From contig OX597814.1 of the NCBI GenBank assembly GCA_951406725.2, positions 187,426,001 to 187,490,000 of the forward strand: 64,000 nucleotides of DNA, written 5' to 3'. The position numbers and the translations under genes are program-made. A model generated the notes under the pieces. The model searched no databases, had not been told where the DNA came from, and was given only the letters and a program-made list of their open reading frames with translations. The DNA is from Octopus vulgaris. Taxonomy: Eukaryota. How positions within the stretch are numbered: position 1 is the first letter of the stretch; the number at the start of each line of letters is the position of its first letter. Positions 14,204-28,247 of this stretch are shown piece by piece.

Positions 14204-14913
14204 AGTTTTACTAGGTTTTCTACCTCACCCTCTCTCTTTCACGCACACAAATTTTGAGGCTCCAAATAATGTATTTCTCAATACAACTTAACATTCAAAC
14301 AAATTCTACTTCATCAACATTTATAAAGAACTCACAGTCTAATGAAGCCGACCACTGATAAAACTTTGCAAGTTAACACCAACCCCTGTCTTTGTAAAAA
14401 TGCAAATATATACGTGTGTTTGTAAATGAAGATATAACTGTTTGTACAAGGGATGCTAATTTTCAAAAAAATGTTCCAAAAGTGTTTCATAAATACCACA
14501 GTGCTTCATAAATACTTTTGCTTACAAAGAGTTAGCATCTTCTAAGATAAAATACATACTAATAGTATTTAGTGCATATAAAATAACGTCAGTTAGGAGG
14601 AAAAATAAATGACAGCACTTGACTGAAAGTGCAGACAAACCATGTGGTGCCTCTATGAAACTTTTCAAATATTTCTCTCCCAAAATTTTCAGGAGCAGGA
14701 TCCAATCAATCACCCTCATCCCTCAAAAGCTATTAACTATATGCATTTGTTTATTCCAATTCAAAGTAGACAAAAAAGGTGCAGGCATGACTGTATTGTA
14801 AGAAGTTTGCATCCAAACTACATGGTTCTGTGTTCAGTCCCACCATGTGGTATCTTGGACAAGTGCCTTCTACTATAGCCCTGGACCAACCAAAGATTAG
14901 TGAGTGTCTTTAA

Positions 14914-15135
14914 CCCTTTTGTTACTGTATTTATTTTGAGATGTTCTGTGTTTCTTTCAACTATTTTAAACATAACAAAGAATTTAGTAAAATAACTTAG
15001 TTATCTTTAAGCTAGTGTTAGGAACATAAATTGTGACTAAGGTTTGGGAGGAATATTTTTATTTTAAACTTAAGAAAACAAGACATTTGTACTACAGAGC
15101 CAGAGCTGGTTTTGGCCAGGTTGGTAACGAAAGGG
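14914..15135. mobile_element. piggyBac-like MITE nested in a SINE
   Basis: TTAA on both sides (14910-14913, 15136-15139); TIR cccttttgttac / gtaacgaaaggg. It interrupts a tRNA-SINE that runs 14780-14909 and resumes at 15140. Confidence 0.8.
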
Positions 15136-16868
15136 TTAATAGATGGAAATAGAAAGGAGCTTCTCTCTCTGTCTGTCTGTCTCTCTCTCTCCCCCTCTTG
15201 ATTTATTTATATCCCTGTAACACATCAGCTTAACATTAGAAACTGATAGAATAAGTACTAGGCTTATAAATAAAATAAGTACCGGAGCTGATTCATTGGG
15301 TGTTGTCCAATGAATGAAACAAGTAAAAGGAGAAAGGGAAAAACGAGGACAAAAGAATGACATATGTATGTGTGTTCATACGTATAAACACACATGTATG
15401 TATGTACGTATACATGTATATTGTGATAAGTTGGCTCTTTATTTAATGTGTTTTTGGGATAGTGGAGGATATTTTACTGAGTTTTCCTTTTTTTACCAAA
15501 TGATTTGTTACTTCTAATATACGTCTTCCTGATACAAATTCTTTAGAGTTAGACAACAAAGAAAAGATCAGATTTCAAAAAGAAGTTTCCCACTTATTTA
15601 AGCTCAATCTCACAATAGGACTTTCATAAATTAAATTACATTTTCTCCTCACCTGCTTTAGTTATTGTGTTTATAATAGTCATTTTTTTCTGCTCTATTA
15701 ATTCAGGAGGTACTAAAACTAGTAACAACAGTTATATTTCATATAATTGTCGCCAAACTACTTCTCATTTCCTTCTCTCACATTTTTTTTTTTATTCTTA
15801 TTCTTTTGCTTGAGACTGCAATCATGAATGGGAAAATGTTATGTGGTCGTTTGCACTGAGAATACATACACTACAGTAAAAATAAATATTCTAAATCCAA
15901 CATTAAGTATTTCTCAATGAGGATTTATTTTTAATAACCAACTCTTAACTCATGCACATAAATCAGCCTGCAGTCACTAGAATTAAAAATCTGACAACCA
16001 AGAAATGTGTGTCTGTTGATTTAAACAGATTTAAGCACTTTTATTATAATTTTAACAAATTCCTCGCTGATTAAAGACTATTGGCCTATTTTCATTGGAG
16101 TTAATGAATATTTGAATCAACCTTATGGCATCGTAATATGATCACAATCTCAACCGTAGCTTTTGTATATAGTTCGCAATTCTTCCATTAGTGAGTTAAC
16201 AAGTTGTTGTTTGACCCATATCAGCCCTGGTAGTGCAAACTATTGATAAAGCATTAGGATGTGATTTGAGAGAATGTGACTTTTATATCTGGCAGGTTGA
16301 GTGGCCAAATAGATACTCCCTCAGTGGCTGAGTGAGTGAGCAAGTTACCTAGTTGGTTAGCAGCAGCAAACATATAACATTGTATTTCCTGTATGCAGAA
16401 AATACTGTAGAATATATCTTAATAACACAAGCAGTGAAATAAAGGCAACTAACCATCCAGATATCATTATTAGAGATTATAGAGGACAACTTGTGATACA
16501 ACTGAAATCTCATACATTTTTATTTAGGCATAAAACACCTTACAACTCTTGACAAAGTGGTGCTGGTTTGACAAGTATAGCTTCAACAAAAACTTTACAG
16601 GAAATAGAAGGCAACATACATGAATTAATAAATTTAAATTACATAAGGTTACACTGTGAGACAGGATAAGTATATGCCGAAGTTATTACTCCATGTTTTA
16701 TGGTGTCATCAGTAATTTTTATCAGGGTCTATTTTCTGTACAACAACAAAAATAATTAATTTAAAAAAAAGCCAAATACAATCAAACCTTTCCAAATTTC
16801 TAATGCAGAATTTCAAAATTGTACTCTTTATTTGCTCAAACAATTTTTGTTAGCCATCACTGCTGCTG

Positions 16869-17135
16869 TGGAGGTGCAATTTCGATTCCCAGACCAGGCG
16901 TTGTGTGTGTTTATTGAGCGAAAACACCTAAAAGCTCCACGAGGCTCCGGCAGGAGGTGGTGGCAACCCCTGCTGTATTCTTTTGCCACAACTTTCTTTC
17001 ACTCTCTCTTCCTGTTTCTTGAGTAATGCTGCGATGGACTGGCGTCCCATCCAGCTGGAGGGGAACACATATGCCACAGAAACCGGGAAATCGGGCCCAT
17101 GAGCCTGGCTAGGCTTGAAAAGGGCGACGTTTATC
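16869..17135 (+). mobile_element. tRNA-derived SINE with A-box deletion and V-domain-like tail
   Basis: Body matches 28248-28631 but the head is deleted (ggaggtgcaat|ttcgattcccagacc). The tail ctgcgatggactggcgtcccatccag resembles the V-SINE domain. Confidence 0.75.
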
Positions 17136-17309
17136 ATTTTATCACTGCTATTAATCAATTTCCATTTGCTACTGATATATTTGTGTTTTTGAACATCTTA
17201 CATCTATAAGAGATTTAAGTATGATACACAGATTATTGTTTCTCTAGCATTTTAATGATACACATGTTTACATGCTGACAATAAAGAAAATACAGTTTAA
17301 TTTTACTCG

Positions 17310-17489
17310 AGTGGACCCTCCTGGCCATTCAAAGTTTTAAAAATCCTATTATATATTTTTTAATTAAATATTATTAAGAACTGTTTTAAAAGATTGTTAA
17401 AATATTTTGTTTATTGTAGATAAACTTTTTACAACAAAATTTTATACGGACTCCCCAAAGGCCATATGGACCCCTGTTAAGAACCACTG
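17310..17489. mobile_element. hAT-like MITE fragment
   Basis: Ends ggacccctgttaagaaccactg, a CAG-terminal hAT/Charlie-type end. The other end is not evident. Confidence 0.4.
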
Positions 17490-18554
17490 TCCTAGATTAT
17501 GAAATCACCGAAAGATATATTTTTGCCTCCTAGACAATTCCATGTTTTGACACAAACAGTTATATCTATTTTCTATTTTTTCTTTTTTTTGTAGACGAAC
17601 ACCGTAGAGAAAAGAAGAAAAAAACCGATAGAAAGAAATACTATTAAAATAAATACATACTTATATTTATATAAACACATGCATACATACACTTTACCAC
17701 ACACCAACCCACATACATATTTGTTCGTTTGTTCATTGAGTGCACAGGACTTGAAAGCCCACCTGCATTCTCTTGTGTCAGCTGGTATACCAGCATTAAG
17801 AGCGATCAGTTGAAATACTCAGGCACTTGCTTAAGGACTTTGCAAATACATAAATAAATAAATAATAAATCTACACAATATATATTTATTCAGTTTCATA
17901 TCTGTTTTTCTATGTTAGCATGGTTCGACAAATGTATTATTGAGGTAGTGCTTTATACCTGGATATTTTTCTCTGCTGCTAACCCTTACCTGTTTTCTGA
18001 GTAAGGGGTCTTTTATAACACACATCTTTGAAGGCAGAAAACCAGCAGACGATTTTTATTAGGAAAAGAGTCAAGAACATTACAGATTGTAGCTCGGTGA
18101 TTTTTAGAGAAGCACAAATTTAAACAAACATACATATACACAGATACATATATGCATGCACACACATCTATCCATCAACACACACACACACACCAGTCTT
18201 CTTTCAGCACCCCCTCTACCAAATGCTCATTCACATGCTTTGGTCACACTACAGCTGTAGTAGAAGACATTTGTCCAAGGTGCTACAGAATGGGGTGAAA
18301 CCTGAAACTACATAGTTGGAAAGTGAAGTTCTTTAAGCTGTTAAGAGCAGGCTGTAGTACCATTTCTGTAAATCTCATTCACACTATCCTTTACATATAA
18401 CTGATACATACATCAAGATGTCTTGAGTTTTGAAAATTAACCCAGTCTTAGTACATAGTAGCTGGGTTTTGTTTTTGTTTTTACTGGAGGGGGTGCTTGT
18501 AATTTCTATTACATGATGTCAATAATGATTCTAATATTTTTATTCATAATATCT

Positions 18555-18860
18555 GTGGAGGTTGGTGGCTTAGAGGTTAGGGTATTCAATTCATGATCAT
18601 ACAGTCGTAAGTTCAATTTCTGATGGCATGTTGTGTTCTTGAGCAAGACACTTAATTTCATGTTGCTCCAGTCCACTCAGTTAGCAGACAATGAGCTGCA
18701 CCTGTAATTCAAAAGGCCAGCCTTGTCACATTCTGTGTCATGCTGAATCTCCCTCAGAACTACATTAAAGGTACACATGTCTGTGGAGTGCTCAGCCACT
18801 TACATGTTAATTTCATGAGCAGGCTGTTTAGTTGATTGAATCAACTGGAACACAGTGCTC
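18555..18860 (+). mobile_element. tRNA-derived SINE (older), tail shared with 28248-28631
   Basis: A box tggcttagagg and B box gttcaatttc, then gccttgtcacattctgtgtcatgctgaatctcc...gtggagtgctcagccacttacatgttaatttc. Confidence 0.7.
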
Positions 18861-18879
18861 CTTCCTACTCCTTCTCTGC

Positions 18880-19460
18880 ATATTGAACATAGCCATTTCT
18901 CAAATGACAGAAAGGTCCCATCTTCTTTCTTGTAAACTAAAACTTTTGTCATTGCTAGGTTTTAGGCTTTGCATCCATATTTGGAATTTCTTTTCTAATT
19001 TTTCAATAGCCTCTATGCTGAGAACTTACTATTAGTATTCAAGAGTTCCTACGAAGGGCTGGTCTTAAATTTCTTCATTGTGTCCTGAAGCCCTAACAAA
19101 CAGGAAGGGTTGAATACTGTTTCTGATAGATACTTTACTTGCATTCATTGCTAATCCTCATCTTGCTAACAGCTTGGTTCTTACAAACCATTTATCTACC
19201 CCTAATTTTCGTAGCAACACTAGACTACAGAGTATTATACCCTGTCAAAAGCCTCTATCAGGTCACTAAAGGCTTAGTATAGAAGCATATTCTTCTCTGT
19301 AGTTGACTCACTGGAAGAAAGCATCAGCGGTATCCTGTCCTGTTACAAACCTATACTGCATCTCATCTAAGCTATAACACTTTCTATTACAAAATAAATT
19401 TTCAAACCCTTACTCATCAATTTGTGCCTCTGTAATGTTCTTTCTGGAGCATCCTTTTTG
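18880..19460 (-). mobile_element. Decayed RTE-clade LINE reverse transcriptase fragment
   Basis: Minus-strand peptides LDEMQYRFVTGQDTADAF, AFSDLIEAFDRV, LRKLGVDKWFV, FKTSPS*ELL, LEKKFQIW. Confidence 0.75.
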
Positions 19461-19492
19461 TTGCCGTAGCAGTTGATGAACACACACACACT

Positions 19493-19762
19493 CTTTACTC
19501 TTTTACTTGTTTCAGTCATTTGACTGCGGGCATGCTGGAGCACCGCCTTTAATCGAGCAACTCGACCCCGGGACTTATTCTTTTGTAAGCCCAGTACTTA
19601 TATATATATACAACGGGCTTCTTTCAGTTTCCGCCTATCAAATCCACTCACAAGGCTTTGGTCGGCCCGAGGCTATAGTAGAAGACACTTGCCCAAGGTG
19701 CCACGCAGTGGGACTGAACCCGGAACCATGTGGTTGGTAAACAAACTACTTACCACACAGCC
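19493..19762 (-). mobile_element. tRNA-derived SINE (ggctgtgtggtaag head, gaaacaagtaaaagagt tail)
   Basis: Same family as 21220-21630 and 49097-49502. The middle segment is deleted around a (TA)n tract. Confidence 0.85.
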
Positions 19763-21012
19763 TCTCTCTCTTTCACTCATGTTAAAGAGGAAGTCATGGA
19801 TAAAGCAATGAAATATATTATAATATAAATATCTATTTATAAATTATTTATATTTATTCAAAACACTAAATAACTTCAAGAAATAAATATATCAAGTAGC
19901 CCTTGTACTTTGTAAAACAAATAACTTAAGATTTTTATTTACAAGCTTTCTATAAGGAGGTTAAAATAAGCCAAAATATTTTTCAACAGACTGAACACAT
20001 TTGCTAACATATTTCCACCAGAGAACTATCAATCAAGCTAAGATTGTATATTCAATATAATGCTGAGCTGTCAAATGTTGCTAGAACCCAAAAGACAGCT
20101 GTGACATCAACACTATCCAATATTTGTGACTCATTGCAGCAGAGTATAAGCTACAGGAAAAGATCAATAGATTTATGTGTATAGCCAACTAGATGATTAT
20201 GTTGGCAGAACAAACAAACGAAACATCAAAATTATATATTAGCCATACAAAATCTTTTAATAAAATATTTAACGTCATTAAACAAATTATCAAAATAAAA
20301 GAGTATTTTACTGAATATTACATAACAAAATGCTCCGGGAGAGAAGTGGGAGAGTTCAAGCTGTTTGAAAGAGAGAGAGAGACTTAATGCCCGGGTTTAT
20401 AACATAATTAGGAATATATAGATCTGTCTGACAGTTACTGAATGTTCATGAGTTCCATATACATAGGATAGAACTAACATGTTATTGTGGGTATCCGCAT
20501 GAGGTCAGAGAGCTTGCTAAGTGAATCATTAATTTGATGAAATTTCTGATGTATGACCAAATTCCTCTGTATTGTGAAAATAGATAGGAATATAAATTAC
20601 AGAAACCTGTAAGGTTACTAGGAGAATAGTAATGTCAATATTAAGATTGGTGGCAGCTATAATACAAAAAGACTGGTTGGGGGTAAACTCAATAGCAGGA
20701 AATATACTTTCACAATTTTTGGAATGTATTGAACAATTTTAGCACTATTACAGCACACACACACATACACATATTGATAGAGAATCTTCTACATGACAAA
20801 AAGGAAATAAATCAGACAATAGTGAGAGTGTGTTTTGAAGCAGAAAATAAGTAACATATTAGCGGGTGCTTTTTTTCTCCACAGACATTGATATGCAGAT
20901 GTTCGAAATGAACATCAGCTACAACAATCCTACCTAGCTCAGAGGGTTTGTAGAAGCCATAGACACTACCTTTCCTTCTTCGACTATCTTATATGTGTGC
21001 ATGTGTGTGTGT

Positions 21013-21630
21013 ATCCTCATTTAACGTCCGTTTTCCATGGACGGTTTGATCGGGGTCTGGTAAGCCATGAAGGCTGCACTGGACTCTAGTCTGATTTGGC
21101 AGTATTTCTACAGCTGGATGCCCTTCCTAACACCAACCACTCCATGAGTGTAATGGGTGTTTTTTACATACCACCAGCACAGGGGCCAGAGCAAGCTGAT
21201 ATATATATATATATATATTTCTTTTACTTGTTTCAGTTATTTGACTGTGGCCATGCTGGAGTACTGCCTTGAAGGGTTTTAGTCAAACAAATCAACCCCA
21301 GGACTTATTCTTTTTAAGCCTAGTACTTATTCTTTCAGTCTCTTTTACTAAACCACTAAGTTACGGGGGACGTAAACACACCAATACCAGTTATCAAGCA
21401 GTGATGGAGAGACAAACAAAGACACACACACACAGATATATACATGCATGCATACACATACACATACAACGGCTTCTTTCAGTTTCCGTCAACCAAATCC
21501 ACTCACAAGGCTTTGGTCAGCCTGGGGCTATAGTAGAAGACACTTGCCCAAGGTGCCATGTAGTGGGACTGGACCCAGAACCATGTGTTTAGGAAGCAAA
21601 AGCTTCTTACTACAGAGTCAGGCTTGCACA
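21013..21630 (-). mobile_element. RTE 3'-end copy (21013-21197) adjacent to a full tRNA-SINE (21220-21630)
   Basis: Recognisable family motifs separated by (AT)n. Confidence 0.8.
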
Positions 21631-23361
21631 TGAAGTGAATTTGTTCAAAACAAAGTCACTTTGTAAACACTACTAACATCCTTGAGAAAGGTGTGAACAT
21701 CACACAAAACTCATTCTCCTCTTTGATAAAAGGCCTGAGATCTATAGAGAAAAGGAATGAGTTTGTACAGTTCACAACATGGTTCCTTAAATTCATAGTG
21801 GCATATGATAACAAATATAAAAATAATAATACTATTGACTACTAATGTAACATTCTATGATGCAATAGTGATAATTATAAAACTTCTAATTATGATGAAG
21901 GTACAAAGCCCTAGGTTTATAGAAAAACATATTTATCTTTTCTAAAGAGTATTTGAAATCAATTGATATTCAAAACCAGATCCCAGACTTGGTCTTGCTG
22001 GCATGACATTGAACAGTAAAATGTTCAACTTCAATTGTATTTCAGAATGATAAAACATTGTAACATTTAATCAGCACCAACTCTTTCATTGTTTCAACAA
22101 TTACATAAAACACTCCAACCAAAAATGACCAATTTTTAATATAAATCCTGCTCAAAGATTTCAATATACATTCACTGCAGATTGCCATTTTCTTTACACA
22201 GAACAAGCCAATGCAGATTACAAATCACAGAGTATTTACTAATCTCAGAATGGATATTCCCAAGAGATAATTTTGTTCTGGGTGGCAATCATCTCTGGAA
22301 ATGGTGACATAACAGACAATATCCTTTAAAAATACTTCATTGAATGAAATGTAGGCATCATATTAATCAGTCAATTTATGAATGAAATTGTAAATAATAT
22401 AAGATAATGAGTTTAATTATTTCATTACTAAATCACTTTGATATATTAACAATTTGCTTCAATTTAGCTCTATTGTCATGCTTAATATTTACAAGGCCTT
22501 TTTTACTGGGACAACAGTAAATATAAGCATATTTTTGTATAACTTCTTTGCTGTTTTCTTCTAGTTTGAACGATAAATATTTATTATTAATGTTTAGGAA
22601 TTTATGGGGAAAAAAAGATAAATACATAAAAATAAATAGTTTGATGCAGTAACTAGAATGTATTTACTGCTGTCTGTAATGACACAAAATATCTGATTTG
22701 TTCTGTTTCAGTTTTCTTTCATTGACTAAATATCCAGTAAACTAAGAGTATTAATTAGCTTATAGTCATCTAATGATATGTAAAACATTCCCCTGTAAGT
22801 TTCTGTTCCACCATCTCCCCGTTGCTTAATTAGCTTGACAGATCAATATTATCCTCTCTTGTTTGCCTGCCATTTCTGTTTTCCTCATCCTTCCTGCTAA
22901 CTAACCTTGCTAGATCAACATCATACTCTATTATTGACAATGGTGATGTATTGGAAACCTCTTTATGTATGCATTCAGTTGTACACAATGCAGTCCAATA
23001 CGAAAATAATTTTCACTTCATTCATTTCCTACATCCCTTAACTCTGCCTAATGTTTAATGTAGAAGTGAATAAATTCATAGCTTTGTATATCATAGCAAG
23101 CATATCACACTGGCAACTCTGGACAAACGCTTAACCCTTTCTTTCTTCAGCTTAAATAGCTGGAAATTAAGAACTGAGGTATTTATGGCAGTACATCAGA
23201 CTAGACAGGACAACTGATAAGTAATTCTGTCATTCGTTGTTTCCTGTTTAAGTTGATTTATATTTTAGTCTTCTTGAATTGAAACATACCGCCGGGGGGG
23301 GGGGGGTAAATGGTTTAAAAAATGTAGATCAATATACACAAGTGTACTGATTTATAACATT

Positions 23362-23695
23362 TTAAAGCATAGTACATCTAAATCTATATAAACATTCCAC
23401 CAGGATAAATGGCTTCTTTTCTACTTTGCATCAATCCTATTGAGACCAACCCATCTGAAACTACCCTTAGTTCTATCATACAAACTCCCCTTAGTTCTAT
23501 CATACAAATTCCCTGTTTTAAAATGAGCCTTACTTAAAACTTAAAGCATAGTACATCTAAATCTATATAAACATTCCACCAGGATAAATGGCTTCTTTTC
23601 TACCTTGCATCAATCCTATTGAGACCAACCCATCTGAAACTACTCTTAGTTCTATCATACAAACTCCCTGTTTTAAAATGAGCCTTACCTAAAAC
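23362..23695 (+). repeat. Tandem duplication, 179-bp and 155-bp units
   Basis: Units start ttaaagcatagtacatc at 23362 and 23541. The first unit carries an extra 24-bp internal duplication (cccttagttctatcatacaaa..). Confidence 0.92.
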
Positions 23696-24569
23696 TATCT
23701 ATAAAAAAAATTCATGCCAATTTATGTTCCAAACACTGGTTTAATACTGAGAATGTTGTTTATTTTAATAAATACTTTGTTACTTTCAAAATTAATTGAA
23801 ACAAAGACTATATTTCAACAGAAAAATGAAAACAAAAGAGTTAACTGATTGTCATCATTCTAGTATCATCAAAAACAGCAGAGTTATTGAAATCGCATTC
23901 TTAAATCCTGTGCACTACAGGGAAAGCATGAGCCATAGGTTGTTTGCTAGGCCACAGAAATAAAAAGAGATTAAACTAGATTAATAAAATACGATTGAAG
24001 TACATGAACCATCCTTACATATTCAGTTGCACACAATACAAGCAAAGCATTTATGCAGGATTATATTAGAAAAATAATAAAAACCATGGTAATTTCGAAA
24101 CAAGTTAACATAATGATAACCTTTTGTTAAATAGGATTTTAATTGTTTTCAATTCATTTTCTAATATCTTTTTTCTTGTTTGTTCAAAACATACAAATCA
24201 AACAAATGATAGATCTGTTTTCATTTTTAACCATTTTTAACCACTCATGTAATTTTTCTCCAGCATGTTAACAAGCAAATTAGACACTATTCAAAAGTAG
24301 ATACAAAACAGCTGATGAAGTATTAGACTCTCTGCTCATAGGTTTTTAATTCCATTTCAGATGTTTTATCACATTTCTAGGCAGAATACTACATTCTATA
24401 CTGCCTCAGTTCATTTCATTGTTGAGTATAGGTATGATATCATTTGGAACTGTTACTTGTACTAGATGGGCATCCTATCCAATGGGAGATTTATCTTGTC
24501 AGTTTTATGCAATTAAACTGAAGCTAAGCATTTATCCTTGAAAGTTCATTGGGATTTATCTTTTTATTT

Positions 24570-24930
24570 TTTTACTTGTTTCAGTCCTTGGACTGTAGCC
24601 ATGCTGGGTGGGGCATGGCCTTCAACGGTTTAATCAAGCAAATCAATCACATTTCTTATTCTATCAGTCTATTTTGGGAAACCACTAAGTTAAGGGAACA
24701 TAAACAAACTAACACCAGTTGTCAAGCAGTGGTTGGGGGAACACACAAATAAATACACCTGCATATATGCAGTGGTGGTGGACAAACACAAAGATGCACA
24801 CAAACACATATATATGTATATGTACACGTGTGTGCATGCATGCGTGCTTATGCATGCACGCAGTGGAGGTTTGCCCAGAACTATGTGGTTGGTTAGCAAG
24901 CTTCTTACCACACAGTCACTTCTGCACCTA
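24570..24930 (-). mobile_element. Diverged tRNA-SINE
   Basis: ttttacttgtttcagtc...ccatgctgg tail and cttcttaccacacagtca head. Confidence 0.7.
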
Positions 24931-27711
24931 TATATGATGTTTCGTTCTGAAAATCCTCTTTCTGCGAAATTTTCTTTCTCACTATCTTATATTTGCACTA
25001 AATACTAACCTCCAAAATTTCAAAATCTGTATGAACTGCCCTCATTCTCTCATACATCTTCCCAAATTTTACAGCCTGAAAAGGCCATTGCTAGGGTTTA
25101 AGGGACAATAAATACCCTTATAGTTCAAATATAGCAACATTACCAACAACTAAAAATGTTAAGTATCTTTTTTTTGAAAGTTCAAGTAGAAATTTTGTTT
25201 CAACCAATTTATGGTTTACAGATTTCATTATGATACAGTAAATTAATAATCTGTAGAACAAGAACAGCAAGTTTACAATCAGGAAACAGCTACATTTCAA
25301 TTTACTGAGCATGAGTAAGTTATATAAAAAATAAACTATTAAATGTGTGTGCATGAGTATTTGTTTTGCTGAATAAAAAAAAAATGACATCATAGTGCTT
25401 TAACCCTGAGTTATTATCTACATTAAAACATTCAAACACTAGATATTTTATTCTAAGATACAGATGAAATTCAAAGTAAAAAACAAAAAAGAGTGCTAGA
25501 GGAAATATCTCTCACAGAATTAATTTGCATATTTACAAAAAAACAAACAAAAAAACCGTATTTTCTTTACTGATGTTTCTGAAGATTGTGCATCTTCAGC
25601 CTATCAGCCTGACCAACCAAGTGAAACTACAGTATTTTACACTGTCAACAATCTCTTGTTTATTTTTGTTTACACTGTCCTTATTCATATCATAAATGCT
25701 CAAAGACACTCTTTGAAGTGCTCTTCGCATCATACATGTCTGCATAATGAAAGTTACTTAAATCACAAACGCTGTATCATTAAATTCAGAAACTGAAAAT
25801 CTCTTGACACAGCATCTTAAAACATTTTAACATGGGCAAACTCTAGCACAAGATAATTTTGCATAATTTTCTATATTTACTTTGAAATTGTTCTTATTTA
25901 ATATGATTCCAAAAAATTACAAAATATTTTTCGCTGACAGTTTGTATACAATTTAATATATATAAAATATATACAACACAGCATAACATCTGAATCCTTC
26001 AAATAACTTTAAATTGAAAATTTTCAAGAATATCATATAACATTCGACCCTAGCGTTATCACAAATTTTACATAAAATAACGAACTAATCATAAATATGG
26101 TGCAACATAACATGCTAAATACTTAAACACCCATTCTTCTCTTACACATAAGGAGAAATATTGAGGGAAAAAGAGAAAAAATAGAAAAAGATAAAGAAAT
26201 GTCTTACATAGCAAACATACAGGACTGCTTCTACTTCTGATAAAATCTCATGATATTCTTACTTATTGAATTAGAGCTATATTCAAAACTTAATTTCCAC
26301 AAATATAAGCAATGATCTTTAACACATTGTATTCAAAACATTGATATGACATGAGGGGATGGCTGCGAGATAAAATATCAAATTTAAGTTCACTGGAATT
26401 GAAAGGTTATCCGGAAGCATATAGAATAAATAAAAACCAACAAAAGCAGTCAATACCATGCATGATGGAGATTTGTTTTCATGTGCGTTGTTGAAGCAAG
26501 CACAATTACACTCTATTCATCCAGGTAGATATTAAGCCTCCATAAGAATGAATAAATGTATGTATACACAAATCTAGTTCCATATATACATATATACGTA
26601 CATACACACATGTACATATATTACAACACACATGTATACAAGCATGTTTTTATATATTTATACACACACACAAGTATATATATAAACATATATATATATA
26701 TACATACATATATACACACATACATATATATACATATTTATATATATATATACATGGCTTTCTTCAATGTTATTCCAGTTCTCTGATGAAGCAAATTACC
26801 AAAGCAGATGAGTATTCCAGAGATACTTGTACTCTTAAGGTGATCCTTAATCTGAATAACTGTGGCTCAGCATGTGGCAAGGCTGAACCCTTTTGGATTA
26901 CAGGTAAAGTCCATATGGCAAGCATCCAGAGTTGCCATCCACCTAATTTCATTCACAAGGTTTAGGCTGACTTGGGGCAATGGTGACAGACACTTGCCTA
27001 AGATGCCACTGAATGGAATGAAACCTGGAATCTCATGACTGCAAAAAGTGCATTTTAATCATTTCGTCACGCACGCACACACACACACACATGTGCATAT
27101 ATGTAATATAAACACAGCAAACATCAATACACATGCATACTCACAAACATACAGATGCATGATATGCACATGCATGTTGAGTAGGAATGGTGTAATTTCA
27201 CAATGATAGAAATAGATGACACAAGGGCAGCTCTGACTTAAAAAAAGGAAAGAAAACCGAAAACTATGTTGATCAGAAAGAACTCCAGAGTTATTTACAA
27301 GTTCAAAACCTCCTTGCTTTATTATACTTTTTTTTTTTTTGTACTAAGTTAATGAAGCTTCAAATCAATAACAGGCAACGGCATATTTTGTTGAAAGATA
27401 ATGAGTTACAACTTCCATCAGATATAGACAATTAGATATTAGCCTTCCTGTATTAATCATGCTAATATTTTATTTATGTTTGTCTCCGTGTCTTAATTTC
27501 TCTAATATTTGCTTTCAATTATTAAGGCTGTCAATAGATTTTGACAAAAACAAATTTAATCAAATAAGACCTCTTCAAAACAAATAATTTCAATAAATGA
27601 AATTGAATTTTTACAGAAATTTTTTTTTTTTTTAATTTTTTTTTTTTTTAATTCAAATTTCTTTCTTGAAAAAGAATTATTGATTAAAATTTAAATAGAA
27701 ATTTTACTCAC

Positions 27712-27817
27712 CAGCAGATTTTGGGGTAAATTTGTCTCGATGTGCAGCACAAACTGCTAGCAGTCTATAGCCCAGCTCCAGGTCGTAGCCAGGTCGTGGA
27801 GCAACACGGCTAACAAC
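27712..27817 (-). CDS. ZMIZ1: Internal coding exon (106 nt, phase 0 to phase 1) of zinc finger MIZ domain-containing protein 1, N-terminal TPR-like domain
   Basis: Minus strand reads pyrimidine tract ...ctcatttgtttag|GTTGTTAGC...TCTGCTG|gtgagt with canonical sites. Translation [35 protein letters not shown] compares with human ZMIZ1 [35 protein letters not shown] as recalled from memory (29/35 identical). Absent from the ORF track. Confidence 0.93.
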
Positions 27818-27977
27818 CTAAACAAATGAGAAAAAAAGAAAGAAAAAAAACTTGATTAAATCAAAGCATTTTTACGAATTTACTAAATTTACATTACTAT
27901 TAGGGAAATAAAGCAGTTTTAGAACATGATAAAATTTACACACACATGCATGTATGTGCAGCAGACAGCCAGATATA

Positions 27978-28193
27978 CAAGGGGTGCTGAAAAGTTCCTA
28001 GTTTTAAGGGTATCACAAAAGGCTTGGTTGGAGCCCCAACCTTTTGAGTTCTTTTACAGGGCTTAGAAAAACTGAAGGACCACTGCAATAGATGTGTGAA
28101 TCTGAGAGGGGAATATGTTGAGTAAAATCATAATTAATTGATCCTCTTGTATTTTCTTTTACCCAAAGCCAGGAACTTTTCAGTACCACTACA
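27978..28193 (+). mobile_element. Mariner-derived MITE
   Basis: TA-flanked TIRs caaggggtgctgaaaagttcctag / ccaggaacttttcagtacc. Internally encodes a mariner transposase C-terminus, GLEKLKDHCNRCVNLRGEYVE*. Confidence 0.8.
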
Positions 28194-28247
28194 TATATGT
28201 TTGTTCATTTAAAACCTGTTTTTCATGCTGGTTTATATTAACTGGAT

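Noticed and set aside
25565-25615. Hairpin ctgaagat/atcttcag followed by gaaacatcag on minus, hammerhead-like
   Set aside because: No consistent stem I or core register; at best a decayed Penelope motif. The same applies to weaker look-alikes near 43710, 45780 and 63300.
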